Virus record (IMG/VR): IMGVR_UViG_3300005973_000002
Source: a virus
Taxonomy: Duplodnaviria; Caudoviricetes
Length of the DNA stretch: 64,000 bases
Reading direction: 5' to 3' (one strand)
Shown: in pieces, positions 11,401 to 22,269 of the stretch
Position numbering within the stretch: position 1 is the stretch's first letter
Layout: every line of letters starts with the position of its first letter
Made by a program: the position numbers and the translations under genes
The notes under the pieces: model-generated
Seen by the model: the letters and a program-made list of their open reading frames with translations, nothing else
What the model was told of the DNA's origin: nothing
Database searches by the model: none

Positions 11401-13610
11401 ATGTTGTCCCGGAACCAACAGCCCATGCAGACTTTGCTCCGTTTTCTCTGCAATGTTCAAAAAGTCTCTGATGAGGTGCTTTTAGCATTTTCGGATTTAG
11501 TCTGCTCTTTTTCTTTAGCTTTTTCATACTTTAAAGCTCTCTCTGCCGCTCTTTTATGTTCAGAAATGGCATATGCCTCCTGACTAAGAACGGTGAACAC
11601 CAGGGGATATCCTGCCAATTTACCATTTGTCTCTTTCAAGACAACTTCTTTGAATTCACTATTTTCAAGGTAAATTCTCATACGCCTATTACGGCTACCA
11701 TCGCCTTCAATTGCAGCCCCCCAAGCATCATTACCAATTTTCTTATTGAGGGCGAAGAATGCCTTTTCCCAATCTTCTAAGTTTTCGAATTTGCGTCCAT
11801 CCATCAGCTGTCCATATTTTTTTCTTTTAAGCCAGCAAACACTGGATATCCGTCTACTTCCTTGGGAAGTGCTTCTACCAATTCACGGGAGTAGAGTTGC
11901 GCAGCAATCGCATATTTTCCGTTGGAAAGATTTATAGTGATATCAAAATCGGCTACTTTCTTCTTAAAGTGTGCCAAAAAAGCTTCTTCTAGTTTGCTCT
12001 TTGCCTCTTGTACGCCAACAATACTATTGTTCATAATCAGCTCAACTTGTCTGGGTCAAATGGCTCATACTCAATTTGAGCCCTTGCCACCTGGCATTTA
12101 CCTGCGCAATAATACTTTTTCCAAATATCTCCACTTTCTTCACCTTTACCGGACAAGGTAAAAAGAATCATTGGATACTTGGTTGAAAGTGCCCTCATAT
12201 CTTCATCGTGTCGATACCACTTTATGCTATCGCCGTAACCTTTCGCAACTTCCTTAATTATTTCCCACTTTTCATCCTTGGCAAGCTCCTCTTCAAAGAC
12301 CGATGAAAAACGATCCTCGTGAGCCAGAAAGCGGTATTCCAATTCGTAATTTGTATAATATCCCATTAATTCATATCTCCGTGGGCTGGGATTTCTCCAG
12401 TTGCCATTATATGTTCATAAATGGCGTTCTGTACGGCTTTTTGATAACGTTCAGTTATTTCTTTTTGGGCTGCTTCTTGTTTACGAGTTTCGGCCTCGAT
12501 GTTTGCCTTATACTCATCAAGAATTTTATTAAGTTTTTTTGTAAGGAATTTTGGCGAAGTATACACGCTAGTCAAATATCCCAAAATAAACGAGAAAAGT
12601 CCAACAACTACAGTTATTAGAATATAAATCATCAGTTGGCTTCCATGTGACCCTTTTCGATAAGTTGAAACCTTCTCATTTCTTCATGATGGCGATTGGA
12701 TTCTTTCATACAAGAATTCATTCCAAAAAACATCATTGAAACAAGTCCGATTAGAATTGTTCCTCTTGTCAGAGTTCCAATTATTTCTCCTGCGTCAATG
12801 TTCATTTTCCGACTCTTCCGTTTTATATTGTTTACTGCTCCAAACTGGTCTAAAACCTTCTTCCACAATCAAACACTCTGCCTTTAGCCATGCTTCCTCA
12901 AAGGAAAATCGGGTTCTCGAAAGAAAATCGTCAGTTCTTGATGAAGGCATGGGCTCATATTCAAACTGACCTTTTTTGTTCAGTACGTACATGTTATCCA
13001 TGACAATCACCCATTTATCCGGCCCACGCCATTCAATGCCAACTTGAGGCTGAATGCCCTTTTTAACCTGCTGTTCTCTTTCAGCAAGAACATTTGTTCT
13101 TGCGCATTCGAGCATCTTTTCTGACTGCGCTTTAGACATAAAATTCTCCTCGGTCATTGTTTCCACCGGTCGAAATAACCTCTAAACCACGCTTCTCACA
13201 ATAAGACTTTACTTGCGAGTCAAATTTCTTGGTAATCTTCATGACTCCATTTCGATCAATTCTTGAAGAAGCGTCAAAAACAAGTCGATCAGACCGAACG
13301 TCAATCGGTTCCATTTTTATCCCTCGCTTCAAAGTAAATGTCCATTAGGTACATCAGCTGTTCTCCATTGTCACCATCGCCACCTACCGCCCAACAAAAA
13401 TAGTCGTCATTGAAAATGAAATCTAAGGTGGCAATAGCTTCCATCAGAGCTATGGATTCTGGATGATGCTCTGCTCCAGTTTCCCAGCGTTTGTTAACAT
13501 CGGTTTCAATATTAACAAGGCTATATGGAACAGTTTCGGCAAGTTGCTTCTGCCAATATTCTTTTTTAAGAATATCTTCTGCTTTCATGACAAGTCTTCG
13601 TTGAGGTTAA

Positions 13611-13694
13611 TACCCAGGGTGGGACTCGAACCCACAAGGGCTTGCGCCCGGAAGATTTTGAATCTCCTACGTATGCCAATTCCGTCACCTGGGC
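13611..13694 (-). tRNA. tRNA-Leu(CAA)
   Basis: Acceptor GCCCAGG/CCTGGGT, loop TTCAAAA, long variable arm, T-loop GGTTCGAGTCC, A73; CCA not encoded. Confidence 0.93.
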
Positions 13695-15272
13695 ATGCTA
13701 CTTAGTTTTTTTTGTTGCCGAAGCCAGTACATCTTCGAAAATTTTCAGTAGAGTTTTTGAAGATAAACCTTCATCATTTTCCATATCATATGGTTCTTTT
13801 GAATCTGTTAAAGGAGACAACTTATCAGAAAGTTTTTTCTCGGCTGCTGCCCTTTCTTCAGCTCTGATTGCCATTTCACGGCAAGCTAATGCAAAAGCAT
13901 CTTCTATCTTGGTTTTGTCAAGAGACACGCCAGACAGAACAAAGCGTGTTGCCACATCCGGGTCCATTTTTTCCATGCATGCTTTGATAAAAGCAGCGTC
14001 AAGATCTTGAACATCATCTACAAACTTCATATTGATATGAATATACCCTCTCTTATATGTGTATTTATTACTCTGCCAAGATTTCGAACATATTCTCGAT
14101 CTCTTCTTTAATCTTGGCTTTTTGCTGAGACCTGATCATGTATCCCCATTTGCGCTGGGTGGTGCGCATAATATTGACCCATACAGCCTTTTCGTCAGTT
14201 AGGAGCTGCCCTCTAACGTAAACGTAACCATCATCCGCACGAAACTGTGCCGCTTCAACAAACATTACAGTCTTTTCCTTGTGAAGGAACTGATCTGACT
14301 GTGCAAAGGAATTACCCGCTCCAGCACCGCCCTGTAACATAAAGGCATTAAAATTATCTTCACCGCCAGTTTCTACGATATCCTCTTCAAGAGAGTAATA
14401 AAGATCCTGTTTCGTTTTTAGCAGGGTGCCCTTCTTGAAGGTCTTAATCTGCGGAATAATACGAAACATCTTTACTCGGGTTGGCTCGTACTCTTCTTCA
14501 TTCATATAGTACCCATCCTTACCTGTCGTTTTAGACTCCCGTTTATTCCTAGGAATGTCTATAACAATCAAGACTGAACACTTCTATACAGTGGTTTCGC
14601 TTTTATGCTCCTACAGCATAGCATAGCTTGGATTGGTTCTGAACCTGCTCAGGTTTCCTACCGACGTCCAGTAGTTCGAAGCCGTTTTGCCTCCTCAAGC
14701 ATTTCCTCCACAGTCCATCTTTTGGGCTTCGCAGGAGCCTCAGCCTTTTTATGTGTTACGTACGGCTTATTACTTGTAGCCATTTCTTCAAGCTTGCTTG
14801 CCATTTCACAACGATGGCACTGCTGCCCAAAGCCTTTGTGCCCACAAGAAAAACGTTTACGATTGCCACTTGCCATTTATTGTACCCCTACCTTATCTTA
14901 GAATATTAATCTAATTTTCTTTATCGAATTAAGCCCCTGAAATCATCTTTGCAAATGAAATAGCATAAATCCATCCTGTTTCGCTCGGTTCAAAACGAGC
15001 TACAGGCGAATTGCCAATCTTCAAAAAGTGAGGATCCAAACACTTAGACTTGACACCACGATCAAGAATTGATTTATCCTCGTACACAAGGATTTTGTTG
15101 CCACCATGATTGAAACAATCGGGATAGTTTGCTTCAACTACCGCAACCTTGCCAAAGTCAAGTCGTCTTTTTACTTTAAAACTGTATTTGTCAGGATACC
15201 CATCATTCACAGGTGTTCCACCCCAACTATAACTTGGTAAATCATCCGAAAACATTTTTTTGAATCCCACGA

Positions 15273-15605
15273 TTACTCCGCTTCGGCTTTGGGGTTATCA
15301 ACTGGTTCAGGATCGAGAGTCCATCTCATAAAAGATTGAATTCTAATCTCTTCTCCAAACTTTTTGTTCTGCTCATCCAAAACTTGGATAACCTGTTTTG
15401 AATCATCAAAAAGCCAGGATTGCTCTAGCAGAGCATCAACACTCTCAGGTGCATTACTAGCAATATGCATTAGCATATTATCAACAAAAGTTAAAAACTC
15501 ACTATTTCGTGCAACAAAATCAGTATTGCAAGAAACCTCAATAAGCACGGCAAGACGATTGTTATGGTATTGGTATGTTCGAATTACACCTTCACGCTTA
15601 GTCAT
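15273..15605 (-). CDS. Mini EF-Ts-like protein (core subdomain only, no N-terminal UBA-like domain)
   Basis: EGVIRTYQYHNNRLAVLIEVSCNTDFVARNSEF...MHIAS...LLEQSWLFDDSKQV...FGEEIRIQSFMRWTL matches the short bacterial EF-Ts (NCETDFVAR motif). Confidence 0.85.
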   Translation of the reverse strand: MTKREGVIRTYQYHNNRLAVLIEVSCNTDFVARNSEFLTFVDNMLMHIASNAPESVDALLEQSWLFDDSKQVIQVLDEQNKKFGEEIRIQSFMRWTLDPEPVDNPKAEAE

Positions 15606-15923
15606 TTAATACCTCCGATATGTACCACAAGCCGTTACTTTAGCCAAATTCATTTCTATTTTCCCACTCGATGTGTTTCATATGAAGCACCGGGGTTTTT
15701 TCGCTGACTACCAAGCAAATGGTCATTCTGTGCTTCAGCCAATAAAACAAAGACAACTCCTTGTTTTTGTGTCGGCCGTATGGCTGGAAACTCCTAAATA
15801 AGAGCTTTTCACCTTCTGGTACCGATACTTGATTGTATCTCTCATCAAAATTAGAGAAAGTATGTTCTTTTGTCGTAACATACATTTCACCATATTTGAG
15901 TTGGGTGTATTTTACATATTTTG

Positions 15924-16220
15924 TCATTTGACCACTGCCCAAATAGCATCTTGCGGAACTACAAGATAGTCTATGTCGTCAACCTTTACCTTTAAACCTG
16001 AATGTGGCCTGTACACAACGTTCATTCCAACACTTAGGCGGCCAAGAACATTCAGTTCTGTTGAAACCTTTGGACCGATGGCAACAATAGTTGCTATGTT
16101 CTCATCACGTTGAACAGTTTGAGGAACAATAATCTTATTTTCAATTTTGGATTTATCTTGCTCTTCTCTTTGCTCTATCCTAAGGACGATTTTATCGTCT
16201 GTTGGTCTGAGTTTTGTCAT
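15924..16220 (-). CDS. groES: Co-chaperonin GroES
   Basis: LRPTDDKIVL, IIVPQT mobile loop, ATIVAIGP, VGMNVVY, YLVVPQDAIWAVV. Confidence 0.92.
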   Translation of the reverse strand: MTKLRPTDDKIVLRIEQREEQDKSKIENKIIVPQTVQRDENIATIVAIGPKVSTELNVLGRLSVGMNVVYRPHSGLKVKVDDIDYLVVPQDAIWAVVK

Positions 16221-16525
16221 TTTTGCACCATTATTACTTCTTCGTGCACTTCAATGGGCGGGGCTGTCTTTTCCCATGGCCGACGCATTTCAAAACGAAG
16301 ACGCAACTCGCCTTCTCTCTTTGGCTTTAGAGTGTGTATTAGTTTTATACCACTTCCCACTGTCATGGTGTCTGGGTTGTATGGCTTTACTGCCCGAGCA
16401 TTAACATATTCGAAGTCACCAATCGACATGTGTTGCCAAACATATCCAGTTGAAGCATTTGACTCAAGTATTACCTCTACCATTTCTCCGGCAGAAACAA
16501 ATCTCACATTATCATTATTATTCAT
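16217..16525 (-). CDS. Chagasin-like (inhibitor I42) cysteine-protease inhibitor
   Basis: LESNASTGYVW (NPTTGYxW loop), VGSG, and MRRPWE (RPW loop); no signal peptide. Confidence 0.82.
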   Translation of the reverse strand: MNNNDNVRFVSAGEMVEVILESNASTGYVWQHMSIGDFEYVNARAVKPYNPDTMTVGSGIKLIHTLKPKREGELRLRFEMRRPWEKTAPPIEVHEEVIMVQK

Positions 16526-16724
16526 TCATTTCCTCATCTTGTTCTTTGGTAAAACCATAAGGACAATGTCGGCATAAGCTTTGACAGCAATATCCTCTTT
16601 CCCGGAGGAAGTATGCAGTTAACACTTTTTTACCAGTAAATGGGTCTCTATACCAAAAATTTTTGTTAGCTACTGCGGCTTCATGCAAATTAATTTGCTT
16701 TTGAGTAAGTTTCTTGTTTGCCAT
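16518..16724 (-). CDS. Small Cys/His protein (DUF5522-like)
   Basis: YRDPFTGKKVLTAYFLRERGYCCQSLCRHCPYG. Confidence 0.75.
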   Translation of the reverse strand: MANKKLTQKQINLHEAAVANKNFWYRDPFTGKKVLTAYFLRERGYCCQSLCRHCPYGFTKEQDEEMNE

Positions 16725-16753
16725 TTCAGAATTTACTCCATTGCAAACAAATT

Positions 16754-17434
16754 TTATTTATTGTTTTTGGCTCGTTTAATATAAGAAATAGAGATATCGC
16801 ATGTAACTTCTGCTTTTCCAGCATGGATTTCGATAGCATTGCTATTTTCTTCCAATGCGGCATTTGCTGTCATTGTACGAACAGCCCGACTACGATACTT
16901 TTCATCTTCGCTGTAACGAACAGTCCAACTCCCAACTGTATATGCCTTTGGATCTTTTCCTAAAACCTTGCACTCAGATTCAAAACGCTTTTGACATTTA
17001 TCGAATGCTTTCTTGAGTGCTTGTGTTGAAAGCTCAGATTTGTTTTTTACATCAAACGTTGGTTCGTCTACTGTTACACCTGTAATATTTGTCAACGAAT
17101 CATGAATTTTGCTAACTTTGTCCAACTCCGACGTGTGAAAAACCATCCCATAGTTAGCCGTGTATCCAACGAGCTTGTGCTCTCCTGAGCGGTGTTCCCA
17201 TTCTCGTTTTGGTGCGACGCTAACGTTGGTTCTAAGATTCTCAACAGCACCTTCTTCTTTGTAGGACTCATATAGTTCTGTCATTTTAGACACTACAGTC
17301 TTTGAAGCTTCCTTTGCTTCCTTACCAGTTTCGCCCGTGGCTGAGGCCGAAGCCACGAAGCGAGCCATGTCAAAATCAGCTACAGCTGCCCCTTGAGCAG
17401 AAACAGACGTAACAAACTTATCGTCATTTCTCAT
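16754..17434 (-). CDS. SIMPL (DUF541) domain protein
   Basis: VSAQGAAVADFDMA, VGYTANYGMVF, VDEPTFDV...ELSTQALKKAF, AEVTCDISISY. Confidence 0.75.
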   Translation of the reverse strand: MRNDDKFVTSVSAQGAAVADFDMARFVASASATGETGKEAKEASKTVVSKMTELYESYKEEGAVENLRTNVSVAPKREWEHRSGEHKLVGYTANYGMVFHTSELDKVSKIHDSLTNITGVTVDEPTFDVKNKSELSTQALKKAFDKCQKRFESECKVLGKDPKAYTVGSWTVRYSEDEKYRSRAVRTMTANAALEENSNAIEIHAGKAEVTCDISISYIKRAKNNK

Positions 17435-17481
17435 TTATAATCCTTTCGTATAGCTACACTATACCACTGATCAGTACGTGA

Positions 17482-18282
17482 CTAAACCACTGGGGCAATA
17501 ATCTTAATCGTCTTGTTAAGTCTTAAACGTTTCCATTTTTGTTGGCCAACTCCGTAAGGTTTTGTTGTCCAAGCCTTGTATCGGTGAAAACCATCAATTA
17601 CTCGAAATCCACCACCCTTTTTAGGAATTGCTACAATGGCAGGGTACCAACCTTTGGTGGAATTCCATAATCTATTTAGCAACTTATTGCTTCCAAGCCC
17701 ATGCCAAGGGCAAAACCAGACATATTCTTGATATATCGAATTTGAGCATCGCTTTAATATTTCTTTATCAGCATATACTTCTTCAACAGGTACTTCAATT
17801 AGCTTCCAGCTTTTATACTGTTCAACTTCGGGTAACAAGGAATCGTATTCCTGCTCAAGAACAAACCTAACTCGCTCGGAATTTGATCGTTTATTAAATT
17901 CCTCCACCCGTTCCAAAAGAACAACCTCGGCTCCTGGTTTAGCAAAGACACCTTCAATTTCGTCTCCGTAGTAACCACCACAAGTCTCAACTACGAACAA
18001 ATCATCAACGTTTTCAAAAAGTTTTTTCAAAAACCTCACAGCCAATGCAAAGCCCAATTTTCCTTCGTTACCTTGACCATCTTGAAAAAAAGTTTCGGCC
18101 AAGCCGACAGCGCCAAAGACTGTTATCGGCTTGATTCGAGTGCTTTCAATGGTGCCGCATCGACAAATCTCATCACAACCATATGCATTGCAATCGTGAT
18201 AATAATCAGCTTCAACATGGAGACGATCCCGCCAATCACCTGACAGATTGAGAACAATTTTTCCTTTGTTTTCCTTGTTCAT
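17482..18282 (-). CDS. Hypothetical protein with a C-terminal ParB/Srx-like motif
   Basis: PAIVAIPKKGGGFRVIDGFHRYKAW. The start is placed at ATG 18282 because the upstream ORF extension overlaps a terminator. Confidence 0.6.
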   Translation of the reverse strand: MNKENKGKIVLNLSGDWRDRLHVEADYYHDCNAYGCDEICRCGTIESTRIKPITVFGAVGLAETFFQDGQGNEGKLGFALAVRFLKKLFENVDDLFVVETCGGYYGDEIEGVFAKPGAEVVLLERVEEFNKRSNSERVRFVLEQEYDSLLPEVEQYKSWKLIEVPVEEVYADKEILKRCSNSIYQEYVWFCPWHGLGSNKLLNRLWNSTKGWYPAIVAIPKKGGGFRVIDGFHRYKAWTTKPYGVGQQKWKRLRLNKTIKIIAPVV

Positions 18283-18325
18283 TGATTCACCTATTTTAAA
18301 TAAAACTGGGGAATATGTACTAAAC

Positions 18326-18366
18326 AAAAGCACACCTGTGCAGGTGACACCTGTGCAGGTGTGCTT
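18326..18366 (-). terminator. Terminator containing an internal 15-bp tandem duplication
   Basis: AAGCACACCTG...CAGGTGTGCTT followed by T-rich sequence on the minus strand; ACACCTGTGCAGGTG occurs at 18332-18346 and 18347-18361. Confidence 0.75.
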
Positions 18367-18389
18367 GGGATTAATTCAATGCAAACTAA

Positions 18390-19367
18390 TCACTGACCCA
18401 TGTTCATGATTAGAGGAGTTTGCTGATCCCCGCCACCAAGAATCACAGTGCGAGTATTTTCATTGGTTGTAATATCTCTGGTAGCATCGATTGCACGAAG
18501 CCGTAGAAGTTCGGGCGTAATCGAGCGAGAAAGGATTTCATTGGCTTCGGCTTCTGCACGGGCACGAATCAAGCGTGATTCTGCGTCTCTGTTTGCTTGA
18601 ATGATAGCAACACGACGCTGTCCTTCTGCCTCGGCAGTTGCACGTTCTGCTTCCTGTTCGGCGGTACGAATTGCCTGCTCACGCTCGTTACCCTGTTGAC
18701 GCTGACGCTGAACCGAGGCGATAGACTCACGAATTTCAGGCGGGAGCGCAATATTACGTAGTTGCACGTCATCAATTTGAATAGAATATGATTCCAAATT
18801 CCGCTGTTCAAGTGCATTAGAAATGCGACGTCGAACAAGTCGCACCATTTCACGTCCAAGCTCATCACGACTCGTGGAAACCGCAGCTACGGCATCATAT
18901 TCTCGCACAGCTTCACGGACAGCAGTGCGAACTGAAGTTTCAACAACTGACTGTTGATAATTCGGCATATATCGTCGGACGCCCGGCGCCTGGCCTGAAT
19001 TAAGATGGTAAAGAACCGTAACATCGAGTGTCATTGACAACTGGTCAGAAGACATAGCGTGTAGCGCAGATACCCCAGCCATTGTTATATTTTGCGTCTG
19101 TATGGACATTTCATCAACTGTTGCGAAGGGATTTACAAAATGAAAACCCTCATCTAAAGTATAATTCTGCACAGAGCCAAAAACAATTGGTACACCTATA
19201 TGACCAGTCTGCACCTGAACTGCGGACGCTAATCCAAAAAACACTAACGATAGCACCAGACCACCAGCTGCACCAAGTCTGGTAAAATTAGCTGCATCCT
19301 CTAGAAAGAAACTGACAACAAATGCGCCAATAGCCAAGAAGGCTAATACAATTGCTACATAAATCAC
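18390..19367 (-). CDS. SPFH/Band 7/prohibitin family membrane protein
   Basis: Two N-terminal TM helices, then VQTGHIGV, EGFHFVNPF, SSDQLSMTLDVTVLY, IDDVQLRNIALP and an Ala/Glu coiled coil. Confidence 0.92.
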   Translation of the reverse strand: MIYVAIVLAFLAIGAFVVSFFLEDAANFTRLGAAGGLVLSLVFFGLASAVQVQTGHIGVPIVFGSVQNYTLDEGFHFVNPFATVDEMSIQTQNITMAGVSALHAMSSDQLSMTLDVTVLYHLNSGQAPGVRRYMPNYQQSVVETSVRTAVREAVREYDAVAAVSTSRDELGREMVRLVRRRISNALEQRNLESYSIQIDDVQLRNIALPPEIRESIASVQRQRQQGNEREQAIRTAEQEAERATAEAEGQRRVAIIQANRDAESRLIRARAEAEANEILSRSITPELLRLRAIDATRDITTNENTRTVILGGGDQQTPLIMNMGQ

Positions 19368-19600
19368 GATTATTATCCTCCGTCACCTATATGGTGATTC
19401 TTTGTTTGTTCCACGTTTTGCTAGTTCTTCATTCAGCATTTTAAGGTTATCCTTAAGAGAAGCAGTAGTTGACTGCTCCAAAATAGTCAGACGTTTTAGA
19501 CGTTCTGAACGCTTTTTTAACTCGGTCGAACAGACCCAGCCAAAAATAACTCCACAAACAAACGTGGCACTAATCAAAATTGTTACAAGCATATCAAGTC

Positions 19601-19844
19601 TCATTTATATCTTGAGATTATCTTCATGAATTCATTGCCAAGCTTGGTAGCAAGCACTAAGCCAACAGCAATCGCTATCAAAGCAACTGACCCAGCACCG
19701 ATTGTAATTCCAGTCCAAAATGTTAGTTCTGCTTCAAAAGCAGTTCCAAAAATCTTTGAGAAGACCAACTACTAGCCATATCGTTAAGCCAATAGTAACA
19801 ACTGCGCCAATCAAAACCCCAAATGCAAAAAAGTAACCGCTCAT
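19601..19844 (-). CDS. Two-TM membrane protein interrupted by a +1 frameshift
   Basis: MSGYFFAFGVL...VVGLL continues as KIFGTAFEAELTFWTG...SRYK if one base near 19748-19757 is removed; the span is 244 nt = 3n+1. Confidence 0.5.
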
Positions 19845-20224
19845 TATTCGTCCTCGTCTAAGTCATCGTAGAATGAAACTTCTCTCTTGACAAACCTGAT
19901 AATAGATTCGCCATATGACCCCCTGTTTCCAGCGAGGCCCAACTTAATTGTCTCCTCTTCGCTCTCTTCTACGAGAAGATTAATTTGAAATCCTTTACCT
20001 ATCACAATTTCTTCCCTTTGGTCGAAACACCATACGTTAGCCTTATAAGAGTACGCAATTGTCGGTTTATAACCCAACCAAAAATTCCGGCTACAACTGC
20101 GACAGTAGCCGCTCCAGATGCAAATCCAATCCAGAACATGTTCTACTTATCTTATCGGCCTGATAATATCTTTTAAAAGAATAACCTGAATTACCAAAAA
20201 GCTTTGAGTATGCATCTTTAAGAT

Positions 20225-20776
20225 TCATTGAATTTCTCCGAGTGCTAACTTGAGGATATAACGAGTAATCTCTCGGTCTTCTTCCCTGCGCTTTTGCTGT
20301 GCGTAATCCAATCCAAGTCTGTTGTAGTCCTCTTCATCCAATTTCGAAACCTTTTTGTGATATCTTTTTACCTTGTTTTCAAATGAAGTGTAATGTTCGG
20401 TTGGATTGACCAACGACAAAAATGCTTCATTTTCTCCTCGGCGCCAACGATTTGTTGTGGTGGATGCGGTACAAGATATAACCTTGCAATTAGGCCAGTT
20501 TCTAGCGCCCGCCATGCACAATAAATCTGCACCTCGGGCACTTACTGCCTTTTGCTTATATTCGCTTCCAAGCTCTTTACCTTTGGGAGACACATAAGCT
20601 CGATAAATAAAACTCTGGCTTTCCTCGTATGAATATGGCACATGAATAGCATGCAAGATCCTACTTGCACCAAGAGTCTGGGCGAGTTGATGAATACCAA
20701 TTCCACCACCAGTTACCACAAAAGCAAGTTTGGGACCTTGGTAACGATGTACGAAATCATCAAATACGTCTTGCAC
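20225..20776 (-). CDS. CinA/PncC-like domain protein
   Basis: LAFVVTGGG...LGASRIL...VPYS...AVSARGA...CTASTTTNRWRRGENEAF resembles the CinA-like domain that is usually fused to a cytidylyltransferase-fold domain. Confidence 0.6.
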   Translation of the reverse strand: MQDVFDDFVHRYQGPKLAFVVTGGGIGIHQLAQTLGASRILHAIHVPYSYEESQSFIYRAYVSPKGKELGSEYKQKAVSARGADLLCMAGARNWPNCKVISCTASTTTNRWRRGENEAFLSLVNPTEHYTSFENKVKRYHKKVSKLDEEDYNRLGLDYAQQKRREEDREITRYILKLALGEIQ

Positions 20777-21656
20777 ACTTTTCTCGCAATCTTTCCAGTT
20801 TTTCGTCTAGGCTTCGAAGGTAGTCTAATCCATACGGACCATTTTCTAAACCTTCATAAAGATGCTGTGGTAGGTCGTTTTCAATTTCTTTACAACAAGA
20901 ACCAATGCCCAGCGCCATGGCCGCAATTGAATCTACGTCGCCCGTATAATCAATACACTCTTTAAGGCATTCGCTCAAAGAATTATTTCTCAATACTGAT
21001 GAAATTGCTGCCTTGACACAGGGAATAGCATCACTAGTACAACGTTTTCCTACCGGCCAAAGATCTTTTTTATCGTTGAAAATTCTACTTGAACCACTAC
21101 CAAGTACAAGGAAATCAACCAAATTATTCTTTTTGCCATCATTGTAAAGAAAATAGTGTGTAGCCAAAGCAACTGCTTGCGAGGAAGCAATTGCATCAGG
21201 CGTATCGTGAGTCACTTGAGCTTGCATTCTAGAAAATGTTAAGACTTTATAAACGTTCGGTAGGTATCCGATCGAACACGATCTCATTGCTGCGCCGCAT
21301 TTATTTGACTTCTTCGACAGCTTGGCAAGCAACTCTTTACCAGACTCAACTTGATCTAAGATAGCTTGAAAACGACGTGAATATGCATTTCTTGCATCAC
21401 GTTTATACACCTCCACCCATTTGTTTGCGAGTTTGAGCGGAAGTGTATTTGGATCAAAATGGTCGTTTTCCAAAAGATACTCTGTTACACCAATTGACAT
21501 CTAGGTGTCATCTGTATATGAACCTGCTGGCAAATGTCCTGGAAGATTGTGCGGATAATATGTACTCAAATCATTTTTGATCTGGGTAAGTCGCTCAGGT
21601 TTTGCAAACTCAAAACCTCCTCCATAAGCATCCCCAATTCCGATTTTCACCAACAT
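20760..21656 (-). CDS. ADP-ribosylglycohydrolase (DraG/ARH family) with an in-frame TAG at 21501-21503
   Basis: An SD (AGGAG) precedes ATG 21656. Sequence reads MLVKIGIGDAYGGGFEF...GSYTDDT*MSIG..., then CGAAMR, VTHDTPDAI, GDVDSIAAM. The ORF track shows only the part after the stop. Confidence 0.9.
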
Positions 21657-22269
21657 GCCATTCTCCTACTTGTTACAAATGAGCAAAGTTCAACGAATCG
21701 GACTTTATCTATCTCAACTAGCATGCCTTACCCAATCTTTTTCAAATGCTGCCTTTAAATCTTCATAATCTTTTCGAGGCATAGAAGATTTTACCTTTTG
21801 AAGGATAGCTGCTGCGTGCCTTGATTTCCCAAGGACTTTCTCTTTTGCCGAGAAATAAAGATTTGTAGGAACGATAAATGGAAGCCAAAGTGGAAGCGTG
21901 GGCAATGAGAACAAAGCAACGCCTATGGCTCCCGAGCCCATATTTTCCTTATTAATAATAAGGCTCGAACAAGTGCTGTTTATCCCTTGGCTTTCAATGG
22001 CAATGACATATTGGTTGCCCTTTTTATCTGAAAGATAAAAAGAATCTAAACCAGTTGTCTTGTTTTTCTTGCGTTCAACAAATTTAAGTTTTGGAATCAT
22101 TGGAATGTCGGCCCATACAGCCCAGGCTCCAAAAAGTATAACACCTGATAGAATTGCCGCTTCTTCAAAATTCATACTAACCTACTTTCCTTCGTAGGAC
22201 GACGTCCTACAGCGCACTTTATATAATCTTTCAAGATTTCTTTGGCTTTCTCGGCCTCATAATTTTCTA

